Below are positions 46,397 through 57,087 of a DNA stretch of 60,004 nucleotides, in pieces. A program made the translations under genes and the position numbers. How positions within the stretch are numbered: position 1 is the first letter of the stretch; every line of letters starts with the position of its first letter. This DNA is from Thermodesulfobacteriota bacterium (GTDB lineage: Bacteria; Desulfobacterota; Desulfuromonadia; Desulfuromonadales; Geopsychrobacteraceae): assembly GCA_034717915.1 (NCBI GenBank), contig JAYEME010000162.1, positions 5,868 to 65,871 of the forward strand, in the 5' to 3' direction. The notes below the pieces were generated by a model that did no database searches, was not told the DNA's origin, and saw only the letters and a program-made list of their open reading frames with translations.

Positions 46397-49300
46397 TCAT
46401 GTGCCTAATGCCTCAATAAGTTCCTCAATTTCTTCGAGCTCATAGTCTTCATACTGAAGAGCCGTTCGGTAGTTTTTCAATAATAAATCGGCAGTGTGAG
46501 AATCCTGCCGCTGTCGATACAGTGACAATAATTGACGAATTATAGGATCATAAGTTGGATCAAGCAACAACCCCTGCCGTAAAATGCCCGTTGATTCCTC
46601 TTGCTGCTGACGTTTCTGTAACAATTGAGCAAGCATGCAGAGTTGTTCCAGACGCAATTGGGTCAATTGTTCACGCTGGAAGGGAAGATCACCATCCAAG
46701 TCATATCCGGACAAAAATTCTCCCTGCCAAAGTCTCTCCATTTTCCACAAAGCATGCTCTGCCTGCCAAAAATTATCCCGCTGTAGATGGTAGCGTGCCA
46801 TTTTCATTGCCTCACTGAATAAAACGCTATCAATCTGTACATAATGCAGTGCCAACATTCCCTTTTGCAATACCAGATATTCCCGTCGTATCTGTTTTCC
46901 AAAACATTTCTCCAGGGCTTTCCGTAACCGGGAATGTGCCGTATCAAAACTGTTTCTGGCTTTTCTTGGCGAACTATCCGGCCATAATACCCCCATCACT
47001 AACTCAATACTTAGAGTATGGTTCGGAGCAATAATCAGAAGAGCAAGAATCTGTCGGGAAGCTTGTCCAAGCAGACTCAGATCAAAAATTTCTCGCTGCA
47101 ATTGCAATTGAAACCCGCCCAGACAACGTACTCTCAAAAGTGGAACTTGTTGATTCTCTCCATTATAAGCGGTCAGAAGTCGCCCCTCCAGAACCGGTTG
47201 GAGCAGAATTTGTTCAGCTTTTCGTGTAATAAGTGGCTGTAGCTCACTGAGTAACTCGGGAACCAGCCCGATAAAATAGTTAACACGATGCCGTTTCAGC
47301 TGCTCAAGAAAATCCTTGACCTGTTCAGCTGCACCCACCAAATCACCGCACCTTTTCTGTACCACCGCCAACCAGGCATGCAGACCTGTGCGGAAGCGCT
47401 CCTCTTTATTTCTTTTAGATTCAGCAAGACCCTCAGTAAGATATTCAGCTGCCTGATCGAAGCGTTGCAGGGCAAAACAAGTGGCTCCAGCGACTAACAG
47501 GTTCTCTATATAATAAAGAGTTCCTCCCGCCTGTCTCCGCAGATTTATACCTCTTTCAAGATCAGATAGTGCCGCAGCTTCCTGACCTAATAGAGCTTTC
47601 ACCCAACCCCTGAATTGCAGCAAGCGATTTTGCATCTGTAAATTATTAATAGCTTGTCCATCCAGCAGGGCAACTTCAAGCGTCTCCAATGCCCTTTGCT
47701 GCTCGCCACACGACAGCAACAGATTGGCAATATAGTAGCCAAGCAAAGCAGAAATGCCCGTATGTTTCTGGATATCACCACCGCAGCACTCCGTCAGAAC
47801 CTTTCGCTGCTGCAGTAGTTCATCCAATTGACCAGAAGCATGCAACAAACTACAGGCAGAAACCTGCAACAGGCTGTTGGGAACCAGGTGCCCCCAGTCA
47901 AGACTTAGCTTCAGTCCCTGTTCCAGAGCAGTCCGTGCCACCAGATAGCGCCCCTGCTGGAGTGCAAACAAAGAACGAAGCAGATTCAATTCCATTTGCT
48001 GTTCTGGTAATTGTAACTGCTGAGCTTCAGCTAAACTGGTTGCCAGGATTTTTTCTACGGCATTCAAATCTCCAGCAAAAAATAATTCTGCTAAACCTGA
48101 CGTATAGGCAATCTTGAGACGCTCAACAGGTTCAATCAGAGCAAGTTGATCAGCAGCCAGTTTTCTAAAAAATTTCAATCGATCAAACCAGCACTCAAAA
48201 GGCTGACCAAATAAAACCATATGGTAAGCCTGCTGGTTCAGTGTCAGCAACAGCCCGCGAGCATCTTCAGCAGTTTGAAAATGTTGATATGCCAGTTCCA
48301 ACCATTCTTCAGCGCCAAGAGATGGTTGCTGCAGATGGTTAATCCCCTGAAATAAGCTTAACCAACCACATGTTTCAGCAACAGATTCTGGAATCCGATT
48401 GATTTGTGGCAAAATTTGAGAATCATAATGCTTGTCCAGCAGAGTCAAACCCAACTGGCTGAGTAATTGCGAAACAGCACTGTACTGACCTGCGGAAACC
48501 AAACATCTCAAAACAGCGGGGTAATCTTCCTGTTGCCGATACCACTCCGCAGCAGTGAGATAAACCTGTTGACGCTCAATTTCATCAAGGTCTTGTTCTG
48601 CTTTCTGGCGGAGCAGATCTCTCGTCTGGAGACTGAGGAGCAAGTATTCTATTCCGCTGTCCGTCTGTTTCAAGGAGAGCTGATGTCGACTCAAATAATC
48701 AAAAACCGCTGCAACATCAACTATTTCACTTATTTTTTGCGCTAAAGGGAGCGGAATAGTATCCAGTAGAGCCAGCTTTAACAATGTGCGACGCCACGGA
48801 AGTGGAAATTCTGTGGCCAGTTTTTCAAAGAACAATTTGTCGTCAATTCTGGCAGGATCGGGTAATTCATCTGACAAGTGCCGTAGCAGCTTCTGATCCA
48901 GGGTTGCGAGAGGTCCATCACCAGAAACCAACAAGCCACTGACCCAACGCAGACGATCTTCATGATCCATCACCTGTTGTTGCAGTTGCTGGTTATTTTC
49001 CAGTGAACGCTGTTCACTCTTGCACAGCCGCAGCATCACCTTGATCCGTGCCAACATCTCCACATTACTGATCGGCTGGGAGATAAAATCGTAAGCTCCG
49101 ACTTCAAGGCCTTCAGCACGCATTTGCGGTGAAGCGACATGTGCAGTCATCAGAACCAATGGGATTGTGGCCGTCTGTGGTTTGCTACGAAGTTGCCGAC
49201 ACATTTCGAGACCACCCATTTGCGACATCTGGACATCAATAAAAGCGCCGTCAACCGATTCCTGCTCCGCCAATTCCAACCCTTCAAGAGCAGAAGATGC

Positions 49301-49411
49301 CGTCAGCACACGCACCTCGGGCAGGTCAAGTTCAATAATTTTGACCAGCAGCAGCACGTTGGTTGGATTGTCATCCACCAGCAGCAGGGTAAATTGTCTC
49401 TTTGTTTCCAA
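46397..49411 (-). CDS. Large response regulator: receiver + MalT-like helical/TPR region + SARP-type wHTH/BTAD
   Basis: LLVDDN...FIDVQM receiver; CLGGFQL...LWPDS...RNSFDTAHSRLRKAL...W.GEFL BTAD-like C-terminus; TTG start. Confidence 0.8.
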   Translation of the reverse strand: METKRQFTLLLVDDNPTNVLLLVKIIELDLPEVRVLTASSALEGLELAEQESVDGAFIDVQMSQMGGLEMCRQLRSKPQTATIPLVLMTAHVASPQMRAEGLEVGAYDFISQPISNVEMLARIKVMLRLCKSEQRSLENNQQLQQQVMDHEDRLRWVSGLLVSGDGPLATLDQKLLRHLSDELPDPARIDDKLFFEKLATEFPLPWRRTLLKLALLDTIPLPLAQKISEIVDVAAVFDYLSRHQLSLKQTDSGIEYLLLSLQTRDLLRQKAEQDLDEIERQQVYLTAAEWYRQQEDYPAVLRCLVSAGQYSAVSQLLSQLGLTLLDKHYDSQILPQINRIPESVAETCGWLSLFQGINHLQQPSLGAEEWLELAYQHFQTAEDARGLLLTLNQQAYHMVLFGQPFECWFDRLKFFRKLAADQLALIEPVERLKIAYTSGLAELFFAGDLNAVEKILATSLAEAQQLQLPEQQMELNLLRSLFALQQGRYLVARTALEQGLKLSLDWGHLVPNSLLQVSACSLLHASGQLDELLQQRKVLTECCGGDIQKHTGISALLGYYIANLLLSCGEQQRALETLEVALLDGQAINNLQMQNRLLQFRGWVKALLGQEAAALSDLERGINLRRQAGGTLYYIENLLVAGATCFALQRFDQAAEYLTEGLAESKRNKEERFRTGLHAWLAVVQKRCGDLVGAAEQVKDFLEQLKRHRVNYFIGLVPELLSELQPLITRKAEQILLQPVLEGRLLTAYNGENQQVPLLRVRCLGGFQLQLQREIFDLSLLGQASRQILALLIIAPNHTLSIELVMGVLWPDSSPRKARNSFDTAHSRLRKALEKCFGKQIRREYLVLQKGMLALHYVQIDSVLFSEAMKMARYHLQRDNFWQAEHALWKMERLWQGEFLSGYDLDGDLPFQREQLTQLRLEQLCMLAQLLQKRQQQEESTGILRQGLLLDPTYDPIIRQLLSLYRQRQDSHTADLLLKNYRTALQYEDYELEEIEELIEALGT

Positions 49412-49421
49412 AATTACACTC

Positions 49422-51674
49422 TCAAACCGGCATCAGACCGGCAAACTTCAACAATAACTTTTTTGATCCTACAGAATTAAAGGAGACGGTCACCTTCTGT
49501 TTATCGCCATCTCCTTCCAAGCGCCGAACAGTACCAACACCAAACTTGACGTGCCGCACCCGGGTTCCTAAGCGCAGGCCACCGGAATCATGGGCAACAC
49601 TTTCTGGATACGATTCCTCCTTTTGTGTTGTAACAACCTTATCTACAATTTGATGAGTTGATCCACTCTCAGCAACCAGATCAGTTAAAGATGCAAGATT
49701 ATGTTCACTTTCAGGCGTTTTCTCAACGGTTGCGGTTGGTTCAAAATCAGCCAGCAGTTCCACCGGAATTTCGGCCAAAAACCGGCTCGGTGGGTTAAAC
49801 TGATAGGTTCCATAAACCCGGCGCCGCCGTGCATGTGACAGATAAAGTTTCTGCATCGCTCGTGTCATACCGACATAACAGAGACGCCGCTCCTCGGCAA
49901 GATCTTCGCCAAGGTCACCTGAACGGGAGTGGGGAAACAATCCCTCTTCCATCCCGGTCATAAAGACGACCGGAAATTCCAAACCCTTGGCAGAGTGCAA
50001 CGTCATCAAGGTAACTCGCTGCTGGGTTGAATCGTACTTATCCAGATCGGTAATTAAAGCAATCTGCTCCAGATAATCATGTACCGACCCATCAACAGCA
50101 GCGTGCTCTTCCATCCCGACCAAGAGTTGTTCCAGATTTTCCAATCGCCCTTTTGCTTCCTGGCGACCATCACCGGTCAAAGCCCCTTCAGCCTCCTCTT
50201 TAAGGAGAGGACCGTAGCCACTTGCATCAATCAATTCTGCCATCAATTGGGGATAAGGAATCCGTTCCAGCCGTGCCGTAAAATCATCTATCATTGCCAG
50301 AAAGGTTGCAACCTTCTTCGCTGCAGCTCCCTTTAAAGCATTATGCTCCAAGGCTAATCGACAAGCAGAAAGAAAACCGACTGATTCTTTTTCAAATGCA
50401 GCAATCCGCTCAACCGTTGTGTTGCCAATTCCCCGAGCCGGAACATTGATAATCCGCCGAGCTGCCAGAGAGTCATTTGGATTCACCAGAATACGTAAAT
50501 AGGAGAGAGCATCTTTTACTTCCAAACGGGAGTAAAACTTCACCCCACCGAACATGACATAGGAGATCCGATTACCGCGCAGTGCTTCTTCAATGGCTCG
50601 CGACTGTGCGTTGGTTCGATAAAACAGAGCGATATCACGCAAACCAATCCCCTGATTTTGCAACCGGATAACCTCGCCAGCAACAAAACGCGCTTCATCC
50701 AAATCATCGGGAGAAGCCTCTATATGGATTGAATCACCTACTGGATTATCGGTCCAGAGTTCTTTTTCGCGCCGATCATGATTATGACCAACAACCGCAC
50801 CTGCTGCTTGCAGAATTGTCCGGGTTGAACGGTAGTTCTGCTCCAGGCGGATGATCTTTACATCGGAAAAGTCGTAATCAAATCCGAGGATATTGTCAAT
50901 TTCGGCACCCCGCCAACGGTAGATCGATTGATCATCATCACCAACAACACACAGGTTGGTATCCTCTCCCAACAGTAACTGCATCAGCCGGTACTGCACC
51001 CGATTGGTATCCTGAAACTCATCAATCAGCAGATGGGAAAACCTGTCTTGCCAACGCTGACGAACCTCTGGGTATTCTTCAAACACCCGCACGGTCAACA
51101 ACAACAGATCCCCAAAATCAACCGCATTGGCGGATTTCAACTTCTGTTGGTATTGAGCGTATAATTCGGCCAGCAACTCTTCATCGGAGCGCAGATCATC
51201 CAACGCTCCAGGCAGCAGACCCCGATTTTTTGCCCGATCAATGAAGGATGCCGCAGCGCGTGGCTTCAACACCTTTTCAGAAATTCCCTCCGTTTTGAGG
51301 AGATCACGCAATAAGCGCAACTGATCTTGATCGTCGTAGATGGTAAAATCTCTGCCGTAACCAAGATGGTGAATTTCCTGACGTAGAATACGGGCACAGC
51401 TGGAATGGAACGTTGATATCCAGGGGAGCTCACCTTCTCCCAGCAGTGCTTCAAGGCGTTCGCGCATTTCCGTCGCCGCCTTATTGGTAAAAGTCACCGC
51501 CATGATTCGCCAGGCGGGAACACCACGCTCACAGATCAGATGTGCAACTCGATGTGTCAAGGCACGGGTCTTACCTGAGCCGGCACCAGCCAGCAACAAC
51601 AGCGGACCATCTTCATGCAAAACCGCCTGCCGCTGTGGCTCATTCAACTCTGCCAGAAGATCAAGCATCGTCAT
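49422..51674 (-). CDS. uvrD: ATP-dependent DNA helicase UvrD/PcrA
   Basis: AGAGSGKT, DEFQDTN, VGDDDQSIY.WRGA, LEQNYRS, TLHSAKGLEF, EERRLCYVGMTRA, C-terminal Tudor-like domain. Confidence 0.96.
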   Translation of the reverse strand: MTMLDLLAELNEPQRQAVLHEDGPLLLLAGAGSGKTRALTHRVAHLICERGVPAWRIMAVTFTNKAATEMRERLEALLGEGELPWISTFHSSCARILRQEIHHLGYGRDFTIYDDQDQLRLLRDLLKTEGISEKVLKPRAAASFIDRAKNRGLLPGALDDLRSDEELLAELYAQYQQKLKSANAVDFGDLLLLTVRVFEEYPEVRQRWQDRFSHLLIDEFQDTNRVQYRLMQLLLGEDTNLCVVGDDDQSIYRWRGAEIDNILGFDYDFSDVKIIRLEQNYRSTRTILQAAGAVVGHNHDRREKELWTDNPVGDSIHIEASPDDLDEARFVAGEVIRLQNQGIGLRDIALFYRTNAQSRAIEEALRGNRISYVMFGGVKFYSRLEVKDALSYLRILVNPNDSLAARRIINVPARGIGNTTVERIAAFEKESVGFLSACRLALEHNALKGAAAKKVATFLAMIDDFTARLERIPYPQLMAELIDASGYGPLLKEEAEGALTGDGRQEAKGRLENLEQLLVGMEEHAAVDGSVHDYLEQIALITDLDKYDSTQQRVTLMTLHSAKGLEFPVVFMTGMEEGLFPHSRSGDLGEDLAEERRLCYVGMTRAMQKLYLSHARRRRVYGTYQFNPPSRFLAEIPVELLADFEPTATVEKTPESEHNLASLTDLVAESGSTHQIVDKVVTTQKEESYPESVAHDSGGLRLGTRVRHVKFGVGTVRRLEGDGDKQKVTVSFNSVGSKKLLLKFAGLMPV

Positions 51675-53472
51675 CCCCCAGAGTTCGACTCATCAGGGCA
51701 CGATTATAAGCCGAAACCATATCCCGCCGTGAAATAATACCATACAACTGACGATGGGTTTCCCGGTCAACGACTGGGAGTTGCTCAATGTTACGATAAC
51801 CAATTTTGCGCATCGCCGTATCCAGATCTTCCTCGGCATGGACAGTGATAACATCTTTCGTTGCCAACTCTTTGATCACCACCAGATCCATCAATTCCTT
51901 TTCAAACACCACCCCCATAAAATCCTGCACAGAAATAATTCCGGTTAATTCCCCCAACTCATCAACCAGGGGAAAATTAGTATGGTGGGTCTTCTCAATA
52001 AATTTGGCAAAGTCACCCAGTGTCATATTTTCAGGAACAGTTTCAACCCGGTGAGACATGACGTCACCAACAGCAAGAGCTTTCATGATATTGCGCTCTT
52101 TACCGGCGTCCAGATCAATCCCAAGACGGGTCAACTCAGTAGTCTCCAGGCTGTCCTTTTTCAAATGACGAGCAATAGAGGTAGCAAGAACACACGCCAG
52201 CATAATTGGAACGATAACCTCATAGCTATCGGTAAGCTCAAACAACAAAAAAATTGCCGTCATCGGTGCATGGGTTGCCGCCGCCAGAAAAGCCCCCATT
52301 CCAACCAGAGCGTACGCTCCCGAAGAAAGACCGGCAGCAGGGAAAATCAGTTCCATAATGTGACCATAGGCCCCACCAGCAACAGCCCCGAGAAAAAGAC
52401 AGGGAGCGAACAGTCCCCCCGGCATTCCGGAACCAAGAGTGATTGAAGTTGCCACCATTTTGGCAATAATCAGCAGCGCGAGCAGGTACCAGGGATGGTA
52501 ACCAAATAACACGGACTCGATAAATTCATAACCGTTGCCAAACACCTGGGGCAAACCAATACCGATCATGCCGACTGCCAGTCCACCGAGAATCGGCTTA
52601 CTCAAACGCGGCAGCTTGATTGCAGTAATAATATCCTTGATTTTAAAGTGAAGATCGATAAATCCGGCAGCCAGAGCACCAATCAACAGCCCCAGGATCA
52701 CATAGAGACCAATCTCCCAGAAACTGACCAGAACATAGGGCGGAGCCTCAACCTCTGCGACATTGCCCAGAAGGGCACGGGACACAACTGTTGCCATCCC
52801 GCTGGAAATCACGATCGAAGTAAAACTGGCGATTTCAAAAGAGGAAAGGAGGACAATCTCGGTTGCAAAAAAAACTCCGGCAAGGGGGGCGTTAAAGGTT
52901 GCCGCAACCCCGGCAGCGGCACCGCAGGCCACCAGAACCTTGATCCGTTCGCCACCCATCTTGAACATTTTACCGAACTGACTGCCGATCGTTCCGCCGA
53001 TCACCGCAATCGGCCCTTCCTGCCCGGCACTTCCGCCGGTTCCGAGAGTAATAGCAGATGCCAATCCCTTGGTGAAAAGGGGTCGAAAAGGCAACTTGGC
53101 ACCTTTCAGGTTAACCTTGACCAGAAACCCGGAGAATCCACCTTTCAGATCCTTGCCAAACAGCATCCACAGCGGAATCACCAACAGACCACCGATAGCG
53201 GGAAGAAACATCACCAGAATTCGCTGGATCGACCAATGTTCAAGCGAAATATCAAACAGCTCAAGGCTCTGCTCAACAACCAACCAGTGAATTAACTCGA
53301 TAGTTTTGCGGAACAGGTAATTTCCCAGCCCACCGAGCAAACCAACAATCACAGCGAGCACAATCAGGAAAGTATTATCGCTGATCTTGAAATGGCTGAG
53401 AAGCTGTTGGGTCCGCCGACGCAGTTGGCGAGAGTAGACATATAACAAAGTTGGAGTACTGTTTTTATTCAT
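51661..53472 (-). CDS. ClC-family chloride channel / H+/Cl- antiporter with CBS pair
   Basis: GSAGQEGP, FNAPLAG, PGGLFAP, HAPMTA; two CBS domains. Confidence 0.93.
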   Translation of the reverse strand: MNKNSTPTLLYVYSRQLRRRTQQLLSHFKISDNTFLIVLAVIVGLLGGLGNYLFRKTIELIHWLVVEQSLELFDISLEHWSIQRILVMFLPAIGGLLVIPLWMLFGKDLKGGFSGFLVKVNLKGAKLPFRPLFTKGLASAITLGTGGSAGQEGPIAVIGGTIGSQFGKMFKMGGERIKVLVACGAAAGVAATFNAPLAGVFFATEIVLLSSFEIASFTSIVISSGMATVVSRALLGNVAEVEAPPYVLVSFWEIGLYVILGLLIGALAAGFIDLHFKIKDIITAIKLPRLSKPILGGLAVGMIGIGLPQVFGNGYEFIESVLFGYHPWYLLALLIIAKMVATSITLGSGMPGGLFAPCLFLGAVAGGAYGHIMELIFPAAGLSSGAYALVGMGAFLAAATHAPMTAIFLLFELTDSYEVIVPIMLACVLATSIARHLKKDSLETTELTRLGIDLDAGKERNIMKALAVGDVMSHRVETVPENMTLGDFAKFIEKTHHTNFPLVDELGELTGIISVQDFMGVVFEKELMDLVVIKELATKDVITVHAEEDLDTAMRKIGYRNIEQLPVVDRETHRQLYGIISRRDMVSAYNRALMSRTLGDDDA

Positions 53473-53680
53473 TGTCCTTACTTTTCAGAACGACATAAAC
53501 TTCAAATCAAAACACATTGAAAAATAAAGCAAACTATAATTTGTACGCCAGAGAATACGGTAGGTCAATAGAGATTTTTTTGAGACTTAAATCAAGGGGA
53601 AGATATGCTTGCTTTATGTTGTCTTATGGAAATGTTGCCCCAGTCACTATGGGTTCAACTTATCACTTTTGCTTAAATCA

Positions 53681-54991
53681 TCATCTAACACTGATGCCTT
53701 CATCCAGATATTTGATCAACGGGTAGATGAAGAATTCGATAATCCGGCGTTTGCCGACTTTCACTTCAGCTGTGACACTCATCCCTGCCGTGATCGGCGT
53801 TTCTATGCCATCAACAATCAAGGTGTTTTTCTCTGGAGCAATATACACTTCATAAACAAGCCCCAGGTGTTCATCCTCAAGACTGTCTTTGGAAACCTGG
53901 ATGATCTTGCCATCAATCGTTCCATATTTCTGAAAGCTGAAAGTATCAATTTTAATCGATGCCGCCATATCCTCAGCAACAAACCCCATATCCTTGCTCA
54001 ACAACGTGGCCTTGATCAACAACGGCGAGTCGTCCGGGACGATAAAAGCCAGTTTCTCTGCCGGAGTGACCACTCCACCGATGGTGTGAAACAGCAAGCG
54101 CGAAACGTAGCCAGAGACCGGGGCGGTGATCTGCTGCCGGGTGCTGACAAATTCAGCCTTTTCTATCTGTGCCTGCAAATAGAGGTGACGCTGTTTTTTC
54201 TCAGCTAATTCCAGCAGCAGTCGATTACGATACTCTTCTTTAAGAGTGGCGATCTCCTGATTGGTCTGCTTTTTAAGGGCAAGGAGTTCAGCAATTCGAT
54301 GTTCCGACACCTTGAGTTCGGTCGCGTATTGTTTTGCTTCACTCTCGGTACGCTCGTACTCATCCCGACTGATGATCTCTTTGACCTTTTGCAGACGCTC
54401 CAGTTTCTCTGTCAAAACAGCAATCATATACCCGGTTTGCTCAGCCGTTTTATGCTCTGCTGCCAGACGTTCATCCAATTGCAACAAACTCTCTTTCTTC
54501 ACTTGAACCTGTTTTTTTAACCGTGCTTTTTCCGAAGCATAGATTTCCTGCTGCACCCGGAGGACTTCTGCATCGTATTGATCACTGTTGACTTTAAATT
54601 TGCGACTTTCAAGCAATGAGTTGATCCGCTCGATTTCCAGTTCTGCCTGTTTATGGTCAGCCTGCATTGAGGCCAGTTCGGGATCAACATCGGAGGGGTC
54701 GATCTCCATCAGCAGCTGTCCCTTGGTCACATAATCACCTGACTGAATCAGAATACTACGAACCACGCCAGCATTCAGCGGCTGAATCGTTTTGACTTCA
54801 CCGCTGGGGATCACCTTGCCGCGTGCGGTCACCACCACATCAACCTTGCCGAAAAACATCCACAGGCAGGTAAACAGGATTGCCGCAATGACAATCCAGA
54901 AGACTGCCCGACCCAATGGGTTGAGTGGCCGGTCTTCAATCTCGACCAACAGCGGTTTGAATTCGTGACGATCGTCTGAAGACTTAAACAT
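53681..54991 (-). CDS. Type I secretion membrane fusion protein (HlyD family)
   Basis: EFKPLLVEIEDRP, ARGKVIP, ITAPVSG, HTIGGVVT, GMSVTAEVKVGKR. Confidence 0.94.
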   Translation of the reverse strand: MFKSSDDRHEFKPLLVEIEDRPLNPLGRAVFWIVIAAILFTCLWMFFGKVDVVVTARGKVIPSGEVKTIQPLNAGVVRSILIQSGDYVTKGQLLMEIDPSDVDPELASMQADHKQAELEIERINSLLESRKFKVNSDQYDAEVLRVQQEIYASEKARLKKQVQVKKESLLQLDERLAAEHKTAEQTGYMIAVLTEKLERLQKVKEIISRDEYERTESEAKQYATELKVSEHRIAELLALKKQTNQEIATLKEEYRNRLLLELAEKKQRHLYLQAQIEKAEFVSTRQQITAPVSGYVSRLLFHTIGGVVTPAEKLAFIVPDDSPLLIKATLLSKDMGFVAEDMAASIKIDTFSFQKYGTIDGKIIQVSKDSLEDEHLGLVYEVYIAPEKNTLIVDGIETPITAGMSVTAEVKVGKRRIIEFFIYPLIKYLDEGISVR

Positions 54992-57087
54992 TAGCGGCTC
55001 TGTTGTGAATGGAGGTTATGGTAATAGCCACCCTGTTTGAGCAGCTGGGCATGGGTTCCAGATTCCACAAGTTGCCCTTTGTCGAGAACCAGAATCAGGT
55101 CGCTGTCCTGAATTGTTGCCAGCCGGTGGGTGATCAACAGCGTTGTGCGTCCTTTTTTGATCGCCTGCATATTGTCCTGAATGATCTTTTCCGATTCGTA
55201 ATCAAGAGCCGAGGTTGCTTCGTCAAAGATCAGCAGGCGCGGATTGGTGATCAGAGCTCTGGCAATAGCAATCCGCTGCCGCTGCCCGCCCGAGAGCGAT
55301 GAGCCACGCTCACTGACTCCGGTGTCATAACCTTCTGGAAGTTGCGAGATAAACTCATGGGCTCCGGCGATCTGAGCCGCCTGCAGAATCAGTTCCATCG
55401 GCGCATCCGGTTTCGGCAGGGCAATATTATCGCGGATAGTGCCGCTGAACAGGTAGTTCTCCTGCAGCACCACTCCGGTGTTAAAACGCAACCAGGAAGG
55501 GTTCAGGTGGCGGGCATCTATCTCGTCAATATAGATCGCCCCTTCGGTCGGGATATAGAGGCGTTGCAGCAACTTTGCCAGGGTACTTTTGCCGCTGCCG
55601 CTGCGACCGACAATGCCAACACTCATCCCCGGCCGTATCTCCACGGAAATTTCATTCAGGACTTTGGGGCCATCGGGGGAGTATTTGAACGAGATATTGT
55701 CGAGCTTCAATGCTCCTTTAAGCTGCGGCAGAGTAATCGCTTTGTCGGTGGTCACCTCGGTAGGATGATTGAGAATATCCCCGAGTCGGTCAACCGACAG
55801 CAGCGCCTGTTGGAATTCGTTCCACAGGTTAACAAGCCGCAACACCGGCCCGGCAAACTGCCCGGAAAACATCTGGAAAGCGATCAGTTGGCCGATGGTC
55901 AGATCCCCCTGCAGCACCGCCTTGACACCAAGATAGAGGACTGAGATCGTCATCAAACGTCGCAGAGTTCCCGAAACTGCTCCAGAGATATTCGACATAT
56001 TCGCCAGATTGAAACTGGAACCGACATAGCGACCCAGATGATCTTCCCAGCGGTTCTGCATGGTTCCTTCAACCGCCAGCGATTTGACCGTCTGCACCCC
56101 GGTGACCGACTCGACCAGATAGGAGTTGGAGGAGGCGGCCATCTGGAATTTGTTTTCCAGACGGCGGCGTAATTCCGGGGTGATGATCAGATAGAGCAGG
56201 GCAATCACTGAAACAAAGCCGAGGACAACCAAGGTCAATTTGACGCTGTAGAGCAGCATCACTGCGACAAAGACAAACGAGAAGAACAGGTCGATAATCA
56301 CGCTGACCGCTTTGTTGGTAATGAACTCGCGAATCGTGTCCAGTTCCCTGACCCGGGCGGCAATATTACCGACCTGACGCGCTTCAAAATAGCGAAACGG
56401 CAGAGCCAGCAGGTGCTTGAACAGTTTGGCTCCGAGCTTGGCATCCAGTTTGTGAGCGGTATGAATAAAAATATAGTTACGGGCGATGTTCAGCAGCAGC
56501 TCGAAACCGGCAATCGCCAGAAAAGCGACCGCCAGAACATCAAGGGTGGTCAGGCTGCGATGGACAATGACCTTGTCGAGAATTACCTGGGTGAACAGTG
56601 GAGTGACCAGGCCGAACAGCTGCACCACGAAGGAGCCGAGCAGCACCTCACCAATAATTCGCTTGAATTTGATAATCTCCTGCAGGAACCAGCCAAAGCC
56701 GAAGACCACTTGGGAATTGATCTTCTTGTGGCGCAGGATGATGAACTGTTTGAACTCCGCTTCCACCTCGCTGGTGGTTTTTTCTATAGTTTGCTTCTCC
56801 ACCGGGTCAAACAGCAGACACTTGCTGTTCTCCTTATCAATTTTCAATAAAACGGCATAATACCCCGTTGCGCCAACAGCAATAGCAGGAAGAGGATAGC
56901 TGCCTGCCAGTTTTGCCAGTGGGATTTTTTTCAGTTTCGCCTTGAAATCGTACTGTTGTGCAATCCGTAACAACTCTTCCGGAGAAATAATTTCCTGTAA
57001 ACTGAACTCACGCTCAATTGCACGGATATCAATATCAATCCGGCTGATTCGAGCAACAACATCAAAGGCAATCAACGCGGAGTTCAT
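54991..57087 (-). CDS. Type I secretion ABC transporter (HlyB family, C39-like domain)
   Basis: TPLFTQVILDKV, RVRELD.IREF, GRSGSGKST, LSGGQRQR, DEATSALD. Confidence 0.95.
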   Translation of the reverse strand: MNSALIAFDVVARISRIDIDIRAIEREFSLQEIISPEELLRIAQQYDFKAKLKKIPLAKLAGSYPLPAIAVGATGYYAVLLKIDKENSKCLLFDPVEKQTIEKTTSEVEAEFKQFIILRHKKINSQVVFGFGWFLQEIIKFKRIIGEVLLGSFVVQLFGLVTPLFTQVILDKVIVHRSLTTLDVLAVAFLAIAGFELLLNIARNYIFIHTAHKLDAKLGAKLFKHLLALPFRYFEARQVGNIAARVRELDTIREFITNKAVSVIIDLFFSFVFVAVMLLYSVKLTLVVLGFVSVIALLYLIITPELRRRLENKFQMAASSNSYLVESVTGVQTVKSLAVEGTMQNRWEDHLGRYVGSSFNLANMSNISGAVSGTLRRLMTISVLYLGVKAVLQGDLTIGQLIAFQMFSGQFAGPVLRLVNLWNEFQQALLSVDRLGDILNHPTEVTTDKAITLPQLKGALKLDNISFKYSPDGPKVLNEISVEIRPGMSVGIVGRSGSGKSTLAKLLQRLYIPTEGAIYIDEIDARHLNPSWLRFNTGVVLQENYLFSGTIRDNIALPKPDAPMELILQAAQIAGAHEFISQLPEGYDTGVSERGSSLSGGQRQRIAIARALITNPRLLIFDEATSALDYESEKIIQDNMQAIKKGRTTLLITHRLATIQDSDLILVLDKGQLVESGTHAQLLKQGGYYHNLHSQQSR

